NCBI GenBank assembly: GCA_964544545.1
Contig: CAZJCG010000015.1
Location: 6,735-70,734 of the forward strand
Source of the DNA: an uncultured Lentimicrobiaceae bacterium
GTDB taxonomy: Bacteria > Bacteroidota > Bacteroidia > Bacteroidales > UBA4417
Reading direction: 5' to 3'
Length of the DNA: 64,000 bases
Made by a program: the position numbers and the translations under genes. Positions 9,808-18,900 of this stretch are shown piece after piece. Position 1 is the stretch's first letter. Each line of letters starts with the position of its first letter. The notes below the pieces were generated by a model. That model was given only the letters and a program-made list of their open reading frames with translations, was not told the DNA's origin and made no database searches.

Positions 9808-12759
9808 TTAAAATGAAGCGTTCACGCCAAACACGAGGGTTGTGGTGCGGGGGTAATAGTACTGGTATTCAATTCCCGGTGACAAACCGCTCATACTCAC
9901 CTCAGGATCCAGCCCTTTGTAATGAGTCAGGCAGAAAACATCCTGTGCCGTTATGCTTAACGTCAACTTAGAGATATGCCTTGTGACCTCATGAAAATTA
10001 TAGGCCAGCGACAGGTTGTCGAGCTTTACAAAGGAAGCATCTTCGATGTACTTGGATGAATACTGGCCGGTACCGATGAATTCAGGATTTTCGAGCTGGG
10101 AGTAAACGATGTTCCTGCCCAGGCTTAGCCAGTTCTCATAATAAAGCCGGTACATGTTAAGTACATCCCCGCCGATCTGACCCCTGAGAGAAAAATTCAG
10201 GGTGAACTGCTTATAGTTGAGGGTATTGCTGAATCCCAGCTTACAAAACGGCATTGCGTTGCCGATGGCCTCCCACTTATCCGGACTGACATGTCCGACA
10301 GGATCCTGGTTTTTAAATTTATCAAATCCGTATTGATCCACTTCCAGCCAGGCCGGGCCATAGAATGTTCCGATTGCCTTGCCTTCCTCCAGACGCTGGC
10401 AGTTCAGCGGGAATGAGCCTCCCAGCCAACCGATCTCGATATACTTGTTAGTGAATTCAGAGTTTGAAAACTTGACCAGCTTGTTGATGTTCCTGTCGAA
10501 AGTGAGGTTAGCCGACCACTCAAATTCAGAGGTTTTCACCGGGATGAAGCCCAGAGTCAGTTCAACGCCATGGTTGCTAACGGTTCCCACGTTTGTATAG
10601 AGCTGATTGGTGAGATAAGGCGGAACTGATACCGTGTAGGTATATAGCAGATCGGTGCTCCACCGGTAGTAATAATCGAGAGCGCCGCTGATACGTCCGT
10701 TCAGGAAGGCGAAATCAATACCGGTATTGAACTCTTGTTTCTTCTCCCATCTCAGGTCCGGATTTGGATTAGAAATGGGCTGATAGGTGTTGATCCATTC
10801 GCCGTTATACAAGAACTTCCCGGCTTTGCCCATGAGGGTCAACGATTTGTAATTGTCAAAGTCCTGATTTCCGGTTACGCCGTATCCAACCCTTAGTTTC
10901 AGATCGCTGATCCACTTCACATCCTTCATAAACGATTCCTGATTGATCCTCCATCCAAGGCTGGCTGCAGGGAACCATCCCCATTTATGGTTGGCGCCGA
11001 AACGCGAAGAGCCTTCCCTTCGCAGCGACATCGATAGAAGGTAACGTTCCTTGTAGTTGTACATTACCCGCCCGAAGAATGAGATAAGCCTGCTCTGGCC
11101 TTTGTATGAGCCCATCTCAGCAGTGCCTTCTCCCAGGGCTGTGCCCGCACCGATATTGTTGACCCCGTAAAGGTCACTGTCAAAACCAGAGTTGATCAGA
11201 TAAGAATCATTCGACTCCAGTTGCTGGAACGTGTACCCTCCCAGCACCTGCAGGTTGTGATCACCAAATGAATTGGTGTAATTGACCATGCTTTCCAACT
11301 GTTTGTCAACGCTTCTTCCATTGTCAATCTCGGCAACCCCGCCACGGCCGATCCTGCTGGGATAGTATTTCGTCCAGTATGAGGACTCCTCCCAGTCGGA
11401 AAGGTTGTAAGTGGCCGTCGTCGTCCAGTTCAGTGTTTTGTGAAGTTGCAACTGGACGCGCACATTCCCTTCGGCATCGTTTGATTTGCCTTCGCGGAAC
11501 CTTTCATTCAGCATGGCAACCGGATTGTTGTAATCCACTCCTTCCAGATAAGTATATCCTCCCGAATAGGTATTGGTCGGATCATACACCGGGCTCGTCG
11601 GATTACGGACAAAAGCCTGATAGAACACATCGTAATTGGCCGGTTTATAGAACCTCGTTCCATACAACAGGTTATAATCGATGGTCATCAGATCGCCCAG
11701 TGCCTTTTGCTTGATATTCGTCTTGATGATATATTTTTTGGATTCATTATTCTTCAACAGACCATTCGACTGATCTACAAAAAAGGATGAACGGTGCGAA
11801 AACCTGTCGGTACCGCCGGTGAGCGAGATATTATGTTGCTGGCTGACCGGATTCTTCCGTGTGACCTCGTCAAACCAGTTCACATCATCGCCATAGAGGT
11901 TGCCGCTCTTTTCGGGGGCATACGTCTCAATCGCATATTTGAATTCATCGGCAGTGAGGTTGCGTACCGAACGCGGATTTACCTGCATGGAAACCCTGCC
12001 GGTGTATTCTATCTTGCTGTCGCCGGCTTTTGCCCTCTTGGTGGTAATGATGATCACACCGTTCGAACCCCGGGTTCCATAGATAGCAGCTGCCGAACCG
12101 TCCTTGAGCACATCGACTGATTCAACCTCCTCGGGACTGATGTTCTTTAGGTCCACGCCCGTAACACCGTCTACAATCACCAAAGGCCCCTGACCGGATG
12201 TGAGGGTATTGGTCCCGCGGAGGATAATGTTAAAGCCCGCCTGAGGATCTGCCCCGTCCGGTTTCACGATGCTAAGCCCTGCAACCTTGCCCTGCAGAAG
12301 AGCAATGGGGTTATTATACGTGCCCCTGGAGAAATCATCTTCCTTAAGTGTCGTGATTGATCCAGTGATCTCCTTTTTTGTGGTGATGCCGTACCCGATC
12401 ACAACCAGTTCATCGAGCGACGTCACCGTCACTTTGAGTTTCACGTTAACAACACTCTGATTGCCAACCGGTATCTCCTGCTTTTCATATCCTACCATCG
12501 TAAAGACCAGCGTTGCGCCCTGAGGGGCATTCAGGGTGTACTTGCCATCAAGGTCAGTGATCGTTCCGGTTTGAGTCCCTTTAATGACGACATTCACTCC
12601 GGGCATGCTCTGGTTGTCGGCTACATCCGTAACCTTTCCTGAGACTATTCTTGTGGCTCCCTCCTGGGCTGAAACGGTATGCGAAAGCATCACCAAAACG
12701 AGCAGGAAGGTGTATATGCCACCATGCCTGAACAAGTTGATTATTTTACTTGTCTTCAT
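9808..12759 (-). CDS. susC: SusC/RagA family TonB-dependent outer membrane transporter
   Basis: 983 aa. Signal peptide, carboxypeptidase-regulatory-like domain (GKVTDVADNQSMPGVNVVIKGTQTGTITDLDGKY), TonB box region DELVVIGYG, plug and barrel, terminal F. Confidence 0.95.
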   Translation of the reverse strand: MKTSKIINLFRHGGIYTFLLVLVMLSHTVSAQEGATRIVSGKVTDVADNQSMPGVNVVIKGTQTGTITDLDGKYTLNAPQGATLVFTMVGYEKQEIPVGNQSVVNVKLKVTVTSLDELVVIGYGITTKKEITGSITTLKEDDFSRGTYNNPIALLQGKVAGLSIVKPDGADPQAGFNIILRGTNTLTSGQGPLVIVDGVTGVDLKNISPEEVESVDVLKDGSAAAIYGTRGSNGVIIITTKRAKAGDSKIEYTGRVSMQVNPRSVRNLTADEFKYAIETYAPEKSGNLYGDDVNWFDEVTRKNPVSQQHNISLTGGTDRFSHRSSFFVDQSNGLLKNNESKKYIIKTNIKQKALGDLMTIDYNLLYGTRFYKPANYDVFYQAFVRNPTSPVYDPTNTYSGGYTYLEGVDYNNPVAMLNERFREGKSNDAEGNVRVQLQLHKTLNWTTTATYNLSDWEESSYWTKYYPSRIGRGGVAEIDNGRSVDKQLESMVNYTNSFGDHNLQVLGGYTFQQLESNDSYLINSGFDSDLYGVNNIGAGTALGEGTAEMGSYKGQSRLISFFGRVMYNYKERYLLSMSLRREGSSRFGANHKWGWFPAASLGWRINQESFMKDVKWISDLKLRVGYGVTGNQDFDNYKSLTLMGKAGKFLYNGEWINTYQPISNPNPDLRWEKKQEFNTGIDFAFLNGRISGALDYYYRWSTDLLYTYTVSVPPYLTNQLYTNVGTVSNHGVELTLGFIPVKTSEFEWSANLTFDRNINKLVKFSNSEFTNKYIEIGWLGGSFPLNCQRLEEGKAIGTFYGPAWLEVDQYGFDKFKNQDPVGHVSPDKWEAIGNAMPFCKLGFSNTLNYKQFTLNFSLRGQIGGDVLNMYRLYYENWLSLGRNIVYSQLENPEFIGTGQYSSKYIEDASFVKLDNLSLAYNFHEVTRHISKLTLSITAQDVFCLTHYKGLDPEVSMSGLSPGIEYQYYYPRTTTLVFGVNASF

Positions 12760-13697
12760 ATCTTATAGTTTTGCGATTCTGCATCCAGCGTAGCCAACTC
12801 TGATCTGTAGGGGATTGACCCCTGGGCGCCCATGCGGGTAACGGTGAGAGCGGCGGTTTTGGCGGCCATCTTCACCGAATCAAGTATAGATAATCCTTCG
12901 GAAAGACCGACACACAGCGAACCGCAAAATGCATCGCCGGCGGCAGTAGTATCCACAGTGTTTACCTGATATGCATTAACGAACTGATAAAGATCGTGTT
13001 CTTTGATCAATGCGCCCTGCGATCCAAGGGTGATTACCACGATATCTACTCCTTTTGCGCTGATGATGTCGGCAGCACGCTTAGCCGACTCAACGTCGGT
13101 CACTTTGATTCCTGAAAGTATTTCCGCTTCTGTCTTGTTCGGAATAATAATATAGGTGTTGCTGAGTAGTTTTTCCGACAGCGCTCTGGCCGGTGCAGGG
13201 TTCAGGATTACTTTTACCCCTTTACTGTTGGCCATCTCGGCTGCATATTCAACCGTTTCAACCGGTATTTCAAGCTGCATCAGGAGGATATCGCTTGTTT
13301 CAATCTCGCCGCGGGCTTTGTCGATATCAGCCGGACTTAAAGAAGCATTTGCCCCCGAAGCCACCACAATACAATTCTCTCCGTTCGAATCAACAGTTAT
13401 CAATGCTACTCCGGAGGGCTGCTTAGGATCAGAGAAAACATAATCGGTCTTTATGTTCTCGGCATTGTATAACATTACCGACTGCTTCCCGAACACATCG
13501 TTACCGGTCTTCGAAACGAATGTCACATTCCCTCCCATGCGTGCAGCAGTCACAGCCTGGTTTGCTCCTTTTCCACCCGGGTTCATCATAAAGGTACCTC
13601 CCAGGATTGTTTCACCGGGAACCGGAAGACGATCGGCTTTTATCACCATGTCGGTGTTACAACTCCCTACAACAACAATTTTTTTCGCTTGATTCAT
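12756..13697 (-). CDS. rbsK: Ribokinase (PfkB family)
   Basis: KIVVVGSCNTDMV, NPGGKGANQAV and C-terminal DTTAAGDAFCGSL motifs. The longest ORF runs to 13802. I prefer ATG 13697 (MNQAKKIVVVGS) because the upstream residues are not ribokinase-like and a TAnnTTTG box sits at 13717-13724. The stop overlaps the SusC start (ATGA). Confidence 0.85.
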   Translation of the reverse strand: MNQAKKIVVVGSCNTDMVIKADRLPVPGETILGGTFMMNPGGKGANQAVTAARMGGNVTFVSKTGNDVFGKQSVMLYNAENIKTDYVFSDPKQPSGVALITVDSNGENCIVVASGANASLSPADIDKARGEIETSDILLMQLEIPVETVEYAAEMANSKGVKVILNPAPARALSEKLLSNTYIIIPNKTEAEILSGIKVTDVESAKRAADIISAKGVDIVVITLGSQGALIKEHDLYQFVNAYQVNTVDTTAAGDAFCGSLCVGLSEGLSILDSVKMAAKTAALTVTRMGAQGSIPYRSELATLDAESQNYKI

Positions 13698-13716
13698 ATA
13701 GTTGAAATTTGACATA

Positions 13717-13724
13717 CAAATATA
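13717..13724 (-). promoter_or_regulatory. Candidate Bacteroidota -7 promoter box (TATATTTG on the minus strand) for the ribokinase-SusCD operon
   Basis: The + strand reads CAAATATA, which is TAtaTTTG on the minus strand. This is an exact match to the TAnnTTTG consensus, ~20 nt upstream of ATG 13697. Motif match only. Confidence 0.3.
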
Positions 13725-13830
13725 TTCACGGCTTCCGGTAAAGAATTTCAAAAATTTTAACTGTTTTGTATCCCTGAACATACAATCTTGTAATAAATTC
13801 ATTCTATTTATCTGATATTCTGATTTTTTA

Positions 13831-13838
13831 TAATTTTG
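13831..13838 (+). promoter_or_regulatory. Candidate -7 box (TAATTTTG) for the divergent gene 13894-15429
   Basis: Matches TAnnTTTG in the AT-rich divergent intergenic region, ~55 nt upstream of the ATG. Motif match only. Confidence 0.25.
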
Positions 13839-13893
13839 AAATTACAACAATTTTATAATTCTGAATTAACAAACTCCCAATTCCCGGCTCATC

Positions 13894-15429
13894 ATGACCC
13901 AGGTCCATTCACTCATTCATCTCATCCATTCGATGAGTGCTGTAGAAAAGAAAGCTTTCAGCAGCCATGCACGGTTCGACAACAGATGCCCCAACTACCT
14001 TACCCTGTACACCATCATTGCCAGGAATGGAACTATTTCCGATGCCGAACTCAAAGAGGCCTTTTTAAAAGCCTGTCCGGGAGCATCACTCGAAACATCT
14101 GCCAAATACCTGTTCTATAGATTGCTTGACACTATCCAGGCCTTACGGAAGACTCAGGATAGTTTTTTCAGCCTGTTCGACACGATTATGAAAGCAAGGA
14201 TTCTCTTCGAGATGTCGCTGTTCGATGAATGTTTCGATCTGCTGCACGAAGTGATGGAGCAGGCCCGGAAGAATGAGAATTACTATGCGTTGCTGCTGGC
14301 ATCCCGCCTCGAGTTGGAATACCTGCTGGCTGTCAACTTCCCGGGAATGAGTGAAAAGTCGCTGTTGCAAAAGCAGTTCCAGCTCACCGAGGCCCTGAAA
14401 TTTCTCAGACGGATCAATGAACAGTCGTCGCTCTATGAAATACTGAAATACAGGGTGCTGTACAAAGGGCATACACGCTCACAACAGCAAAAGAATGAAC
14501 TGAACGACCTCGTATTCAGTGAGCTTAGCCTGGTTGCCTCACAGAACATGGAGAATTTTGAGATCAATAAGCTGCACCAGCTCTTCCAGTCGGTCTACCT
14601 GATCAGCGTCGGCGACTACAAATCGGCCCAGCATTCGTTTTATGAACTCAACACCCTCTTTGAGTCGAACCGGCATTTGTGGAGTGACCCTCCCATCTAT
14701 TATCTCAACATGCTCGAAGGGGTTCTCGAAAGCCTGAGAAGCATTCATGACTATGAAGGGATGGGCTATTTCCTGGATCAGTTGAAGAAGATCGAAAGCA
14801 GTTCGACGGACTTCAGGATCAACCTGGTAAGCATAACATTCCAATACGAGCTTTTTCCCTTACTCGACACAGGCGACTTTGTTGCCTGCCGCACGCTTAT
14901 CGACCAGTATAAATTTAAACTATACGAGAAATCGGGTAACCTGAACCGGGTGCGACAGGCCGAGCTATATCTGTACACCTCCATTGTTTACCTGGGTTCC
15001 GGGGAGTACCACAAAGCACTCAAGGCCCTTAATCAAATCTACCTCAGGATCAAGAACATCACCTTCCTGCCTCTGCACCGCACCATCCGCCTGATCAACC
15101 TGGTGATCCTTTATCACTTGGATGAAACAGAACTGATCAAGAATGAAATCCGGTCGCTGAAACGGGATATGAGCAGCAACGATAAAGGCTACAGGATTGA
15201 ACGGTTCCTGTTCGGCTTTCTGAACAAGCATCAAAGCCATCTGACGGCCGGAAGACCCCGGGAATGGGAAAAAGTCGGGATTGCAATCGACGATATCCGC
15301 CAGGATCCTTTCGAACAACAAATCCTGAGAATATTTGATTTCACTGCCTGGATCGAATCACAATACCGGCTCATTCCGCTGAGCGATGTCCTGAAACAGA
15401 AAACTGCAAAAAGCAGTGCCCGGTCTTAA
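13894..15429 (+). CDS. Conserved hypothetical all-alpha (TPR-like) protein
   Basis: 511 aa with no signal peptide or TM segment. The N-terminus LIHLIHSMSAVEKKAFSSHARF...NYLTLYTII resembles a hypothetical family I recall as widespread in Bacteroidota. No catalytic motif recognised. Confidence 0.6.
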   Translation: MTQVHSLIHLIHSMSAVEKKAFSSHARFDNRCPNYLTLYTIIARNGTISDAELKEAFLKACPGASLETSAKYLFYRLLDTIQALRKTQDSFFSLFDTIMKARILFEMSLFDECFDLLHEVMEQARKNENYYALLLASRLELEYLLAVNFPGMSEKSLLQKQFQLTEALKFLRRINEQSSLYEILKYRVLYKGHTRSQQQKNELNDLVFSELSLVASQNMENFEINKLHQLFQSVYLISVGDYKSAQHSFYELNTLFESNRHLWSDPPIYYLNMLEGVLESLRSIHDYEGMGYFLDQLKKIESSSTDFRINLVSITFQYELFPLLDTGDFVACRTLIDQYKFKLYEKSGNLNRVRQAELYLYTSIVYLGSGEYHKALKALNQIYLRIKNITFLPLHRTIRLINLVILYHLDETELIKNEIRSLKRDMSSNDKGYRIERFLFGFLNKHQSHLTAGRPREWEKVGIAIDDIRQDPFEQQILRIFDFTAWIESQYRLIPLSDVLKQKTAKSSARS

Positions 15430-15792
15430 ATACTTCCGTGAACAGATCATCCTGAGGCACCCTGTGTATCTCTGCTTTTTGGACCGGATCTGACAGCTAA
15501 TCCATGGTTAATCCGGGATATATCAGCCGGGTACCCGTATATTCTGAATGCAGACACTGACCGGACTTCCCGGGTAGGTACATTCTGAAGAATAATACTA
15601 ATGCGTTGTCCAATACAAGCACTAATTTTAAATTGCAGCTTCCCGGCCTGCATTATTAATACTACATTCGTTGGGGAATTCCACTCATGTCCTGTTTCCG
15701 GAACTACTGTCCATACGGGAACAGGGGCGTCTAAGTATACTTACCGAAGCACCCTTCTGAATCTTAATCCGAAACAGATAAACAATCCTCTC

Positions 15793-16596
15793 ATGATATT
15801 GGACGAAACATACTCTTTATTGAGGACCAGATACAAGGAACAAGCCGGTAAACTTACCATTACAGCCGTCCGGATAGGAGTACATCTCACTGCCGTAAAA
15901 CTCTCCGACGAAAGCGTCGGTTTTGCCGGTACTTTGTCGGATAACTGTCTGCCGGGTATTAGAAAAGACCGGGATTATGGAGACTTCACCCCTGCACAGA
16001 TCCAGGGGAAGAAGATCACAGATCTGTTCGACACCCCGAAAAGATCCAGTATCATCGACACCCTCCGGATAGCGGTAATGAATGCCATTTCATCCGGGAT
16101 CCTTTCTTCAGGAGGATATAAAATCATTGAAGACAAGGACCCAATCGAGCTGGTTGATCTGACACCTCCCAAGACTATCACTATTGTCGGCGCCTTTCAA
16201 TCTTATATCCATACAATTTCCGATACCGGTAACCGGCTGCATGTGCTGGAGTTTGATGAAAATACCCTTTATGCTGAGCATCGAAAGCATTTTGTTCCGG
16301 CTTCGCAATACCGGGAGGTGATACCTTCGTCGGATATCGTGATCATAACCGGATTAACGCTGGTGAACAACACCATCGACGGCTTGTTATCCGCTATCTC
16401 TCCGGGCACCACACTGATAGTGACCGGCCCGTCCAGCAGCCTTATTCCCGATGTGTTATTCCGGAACCATGTAAATATCGTAGGAGCTACCCGCATAACG
16501 AATCCCGACCTCCTGTTTGATATCGTGAGCGAATCAGGAGCTGGATATCACCTGTTTAAGTATTGTGCCCGGAAAATCTGCATCCTGAATGAATAA
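15793..16596 (+). CDS. DUF4213/DUF364-like Rossmann-fold protein ('putative heavy-metal chelation' family)
   Basis: MILDETYSLLRTRYKEQAGKLTITAVRIGVHLTAVKLSDESVGFAG, followed by a Rossmann-like half (ITIVGAF...IVITGLTLVNNTIDGLL). The track ORF starts at 15601, but the first 64 codons look non-coding, so ATG 15793 is preferred. Confidence 0.6.
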   Translation: MILDETYSLLRTRYKEQAGKLTITAVRIGVHLTAVKLSDESVGFAGTLSDNCLPGIRKDRDYGDFTPAQIQGKKITDLFDTPKRSSIIDTLRIAVMNAISSGILSSGGYKIIEDKDPIELVDLTPPKTITIVGAFQSYIHTISDTGNRLHVLEFDENTLYAEHRKHFVPASQYREVIPSSDIVIITGLTLVNNTIDGLLSAISPGTTLIVTGPSSSLIPDVLFRNHVNIVGATRITNPDLLFDIVSESGAGYHLFKYCARKICILNE

Positions 16597-16807
16597 GGAA
16601 CAAAGGCCTGCCGTTAAAATACTGAATGATGTTTCATCCGGACAAGCCAGCTTAATACCAGTCGACCCTGCATAAGGGAGGGTACGGCATCCTATGCAGG
16701 TCCGCCGGTAATCCTTTCGCCCGGAGAGCGCCCTGGTGAATGAATATAGTCCAGGTTCAGGCTGTATGCGACGATTTTATAATTTCGGGTCCTCAACCAG
16801 CCCCGGA

Positions 16808-17920
16808 ATGTCGATACAAGAAAAAGTAACCATTATCACCTCATCCGTTGAGGCCGGCACCCTCGAAACACTACCGGTAATTCCTGAGATGGAGCTGATC
16901 CCGCATGAGGAGTTGTTCAGATCCGGAAGAGTGTTTGAACCGGAAGAGAAGATATGCATCACATCGGAGTATTCACTTTCGACAGTGGTCAACTGCCTGG
17001 ATCCTTCCAGGAAAAAAGCCGTGAAAGTACTCAAAGACAAGTTTCTGTTCAGGAATATCCTGAAAGAGATTTACCCGGAATATTTCTTCCGGTCAATAAA
17101 GCCCGAAGAGATCAGCACATTGAAAATTGACCGGAAGTCTGTTCTTAAACCTTCGAGAGGGATTTTCGGAACAGCCGTGAGGATTGTTGATCCGGATACC
17201 GATTTCCATACGCTGGGCAGAGAACTGAACGATGAGTTAAGGAAAAATGCCCGGGTTTACCCCGATTCCGTTCTTTCCCCTGCTGACTTTATCCTGGAGG
17301 ACTTCATCGATGGAGAAGAGTACGCGGTGGATATGTTTTACGATTCTGTTGGCAATCCCAACATCGTAAATATCTATCACCACCCCATACCTCAAAATAA
17401 GGCCTACCTCCACATGCTGTATAACTCCTCCAAAGCATCCTTTGAGGCAGTTTATGACAAGTCCATGCGGTTTTTTTCAGAGTTGAACCGCTTGCTGGAT
17501 GTCACTAATTTCGCAATGCATGCCGAATTCAAAGTCTGGCAGGGCCGACTCTTCCCGGTGGAGATCAACTGCATGCGCTTCGGCGGAATGGGACTCTGCA
17601 ACCTGTTGTATTATTCACTCGGGATCAATCCATTCCTTTGCTTTTTGCAGGATCAGGCACCTGACTGGAAATCGATCTGGAAAGAGAAGGGAGACAAGAT
17701 ATATTCCTTTTTTATCGCCTATAATGGAGCCGGGATTGAGGTAACCAAGGCAAGACCGCTCCCTGAAAAGTTGAAAAACCAATTTACCCAGGTGCTTCAT
17801 GAACATCTTTTCGATTATCGCAGACAACTGGCATTTGGAATTTATTTTCTGGAAGAAAGTGAAGAAAATATCCGCAAGTTGCTGAATCTGGAATTTGATC
17901 AATTCTTCGAGGCTTCATGA
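16808..17920 (+). CDS. ATP-grasp domain protein
   Basis: SVLKPSRGIFGTAVRIV...FILEDFIDGEEYAVDMFYDSVGNPNIV...FPVEINCMRFGG is typical ATP-grasp core spacing. Start uncertain: GTG 16736 or ATG 16808. Confidence 0.6.
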   Translation: MSIQEKVTIITSSVEAGTLETLPVIPEMELIPHEELFRSGRVFEPEEKICITSEYSLSTVVNCLDPSRKKAVKVLKDKFLFRNILKEIYPEYFFRSIKPEEISTLKIDRKSVLKPSRGIFGTAVRIVDPDTDFHTLGRELNDELRKNARVYPDSVLSPADFILEDFIDGEEYAVDMFYDSVGNPNIVNIYHHPIPQNKAYLHMLYNSSKASFEAVYDKSMRFFSELNRLLDVTNFAMHAEFKVWQGRLFPVEINCMRFGGMGLCNLLYYSLGINPFLCFLQDQAPDWKSIWKEKGDKIYSFFIAYNGAGIEVTKARPLPEKLKNQFTQVLHEHLFDYRRQLAFGIYFLEESEENIRKLLNLEFDQFFEAS

Positions 17921-17957
17921 GCCGGCTTCCCCTACGGATAAACAAACGAAAGACCTG

Positions 17958-18566
17958 ATGAACAACAATTTCCATCCCGGCAAATTAACTTCAGCCCTGA
18001 TCCTGGCTTCCGGACTGTCGGAGCGGATGCGGCAGCCCAAGGCCCTGCTGCGATGGGATTCTTCCAGGACGTTCATCGGGAAGATCATAGATGAATATCT
18101 GGATGCCGGATGCGGAAAGATTATCTGCACCGTTAACCACATGATTTATCAGGAATGTCAGTCACTCCATGTTGCCCATTCTGTAAGGTTCATTCTCAAT
18201 GAACATCCGGAATGGGGAAGACTTTACTCAGTGAAACTGGGACTTAAAGAAGTGGGGGATAGCGCATTTTGCTTCATTCAAAATGTCGATAATCCACACA
18301 TTACCTCCTGTACGATCCGGAAAATTCTTGAGAATGCAGACCCTGTGCTCTGGTGTTCGCCCGGGTTCCGGGGACAGGGAGGGCATCCGGTATTGTTGCC
18401 GGCGATTATCATTGATCATATCATGGCTGAGAGGAATACGGAGAACACCCTAAAGGAAGTATTAGATGCATTCCCAAAAAAGGTGGTAGAGATGGCAGAT
18501 GATTCTGTCCTGAGAAACATCAACACTCCGGAGGATTACCAGGCCTTGCTGAAAGGGATTCGTTAA
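17958..18566 (+). CDS. MobA/MocA-like nucleotidyltransferase (NTP_transf_3)
   Basis: ALILASGLSERMRQPKALL (P-loop-like GxxxRM motif), NVDNPHIT and GHPVLLP. ATG 17958 (MNNNFHPGKL) is preferred over the track start at 17895. Confidence 0.7.
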   Translation: MNNNFHPGKLTSALILASGLSERMRQPKALLRWDSSRTFIGKIIDEYLDAGCGKIICTVNHMIYQECQSLHVAHSVRFILNEHPEWGRLYSVKLGLKEVGDSAFCFIQNVDNPHITSCTIRKILENADPVLWCSPGFRGQGGHPVLLPAIIIDHIMAERNTENTLKEVLDAFPKKVVEMADDSVLRNINTPEDYQALLKGIR

Positions 18567-18708
18567 TTCACTGATCCATTGAGCATTACTAAAAGAAGTT
18601 GCCAATACTCCGGCAACCCGGAACCATTTTCTGTGAGCAGGCGCCGAAAGAATCTTCCCAGTATCCCCCCATGATTATACATTGAAATTACTATCTTTGC
18701 ACTGCCAA

Positions 18709-18792
18709 GCCCCGGTGGCGGAATAGGTAGACGCGTCGGTCTCAAAAACCGATGGACGTGAGTCCGTGCCGGTTCGATTCCGGCCCGGGGTA
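18709..18792 (+). tRNA. tRNA-Leu (anticodon CAA), type II with long variable arm
   Basis: Manual cloverleaf. Acceptor GCCCCGG/CCGGGGT (G1-U72). Anticodon stem TCGGT/ACCGA with loop CTCAAAA. Variable arm TGGACGTGAGTCCGTG. T arm GCCGG-TTCGATT-CCGGC. Discriminator A. CCA is not encoded. Confidence 0.9.
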
Positions 18793-18802
18793 CAGATCAA
18801 TC

Positions 18803-18845
18803 AAGACATTGTATATCAGTATTATACAATGTCTTTTTCTTTTTC
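18803..18845 (+). terminator. Intrinsic terminator after tRNA-Leu
   Basis: Perfect 13-bp stem AAGACATTGTATA / TATACAATGTCTT with a 7-nt loop, followed by TTTCTTTTTC. Confidence 0.65.
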
Positions 18846-18900
18846 TCACATACACTTCCAGATATACTGCAGAGTTCCCTTCATCAATTCTGCTGCGCTG

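Noticed and set aside
15601-15792. 5' extensions of track ORFs (15601, 16736, 17895, 22814, 24615, 26039, 26877, 39779, 44379, 51913, 55274, 59251)
   Set aside because: The extended N-termini are not family-like, often overlap neighbouring genes or AT-rich promoter regions, and internal ATG codons coincide with the conserved family N-termini. The shorter models are given in the feature list.
15430-15792. Known riboswitch (TPP, Moco, FMN, SAM, ZTP) in the long leader of the DUF364-like gene
   Set aside because: None of the conserved core sequences I remember for these classes is present. Only a generic hairpin is reported, and a covariance-model scan is needed.
18563-18745. 60-aa minus-strand ORF overlapping tRNA-Leu. 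ORFs 30873-31214 and 31031-31357 likewise overlap tRNA-Ser.
   Set aside because: They overlap well-folded tRNA genes or intergenic sequence and have no coding signature.
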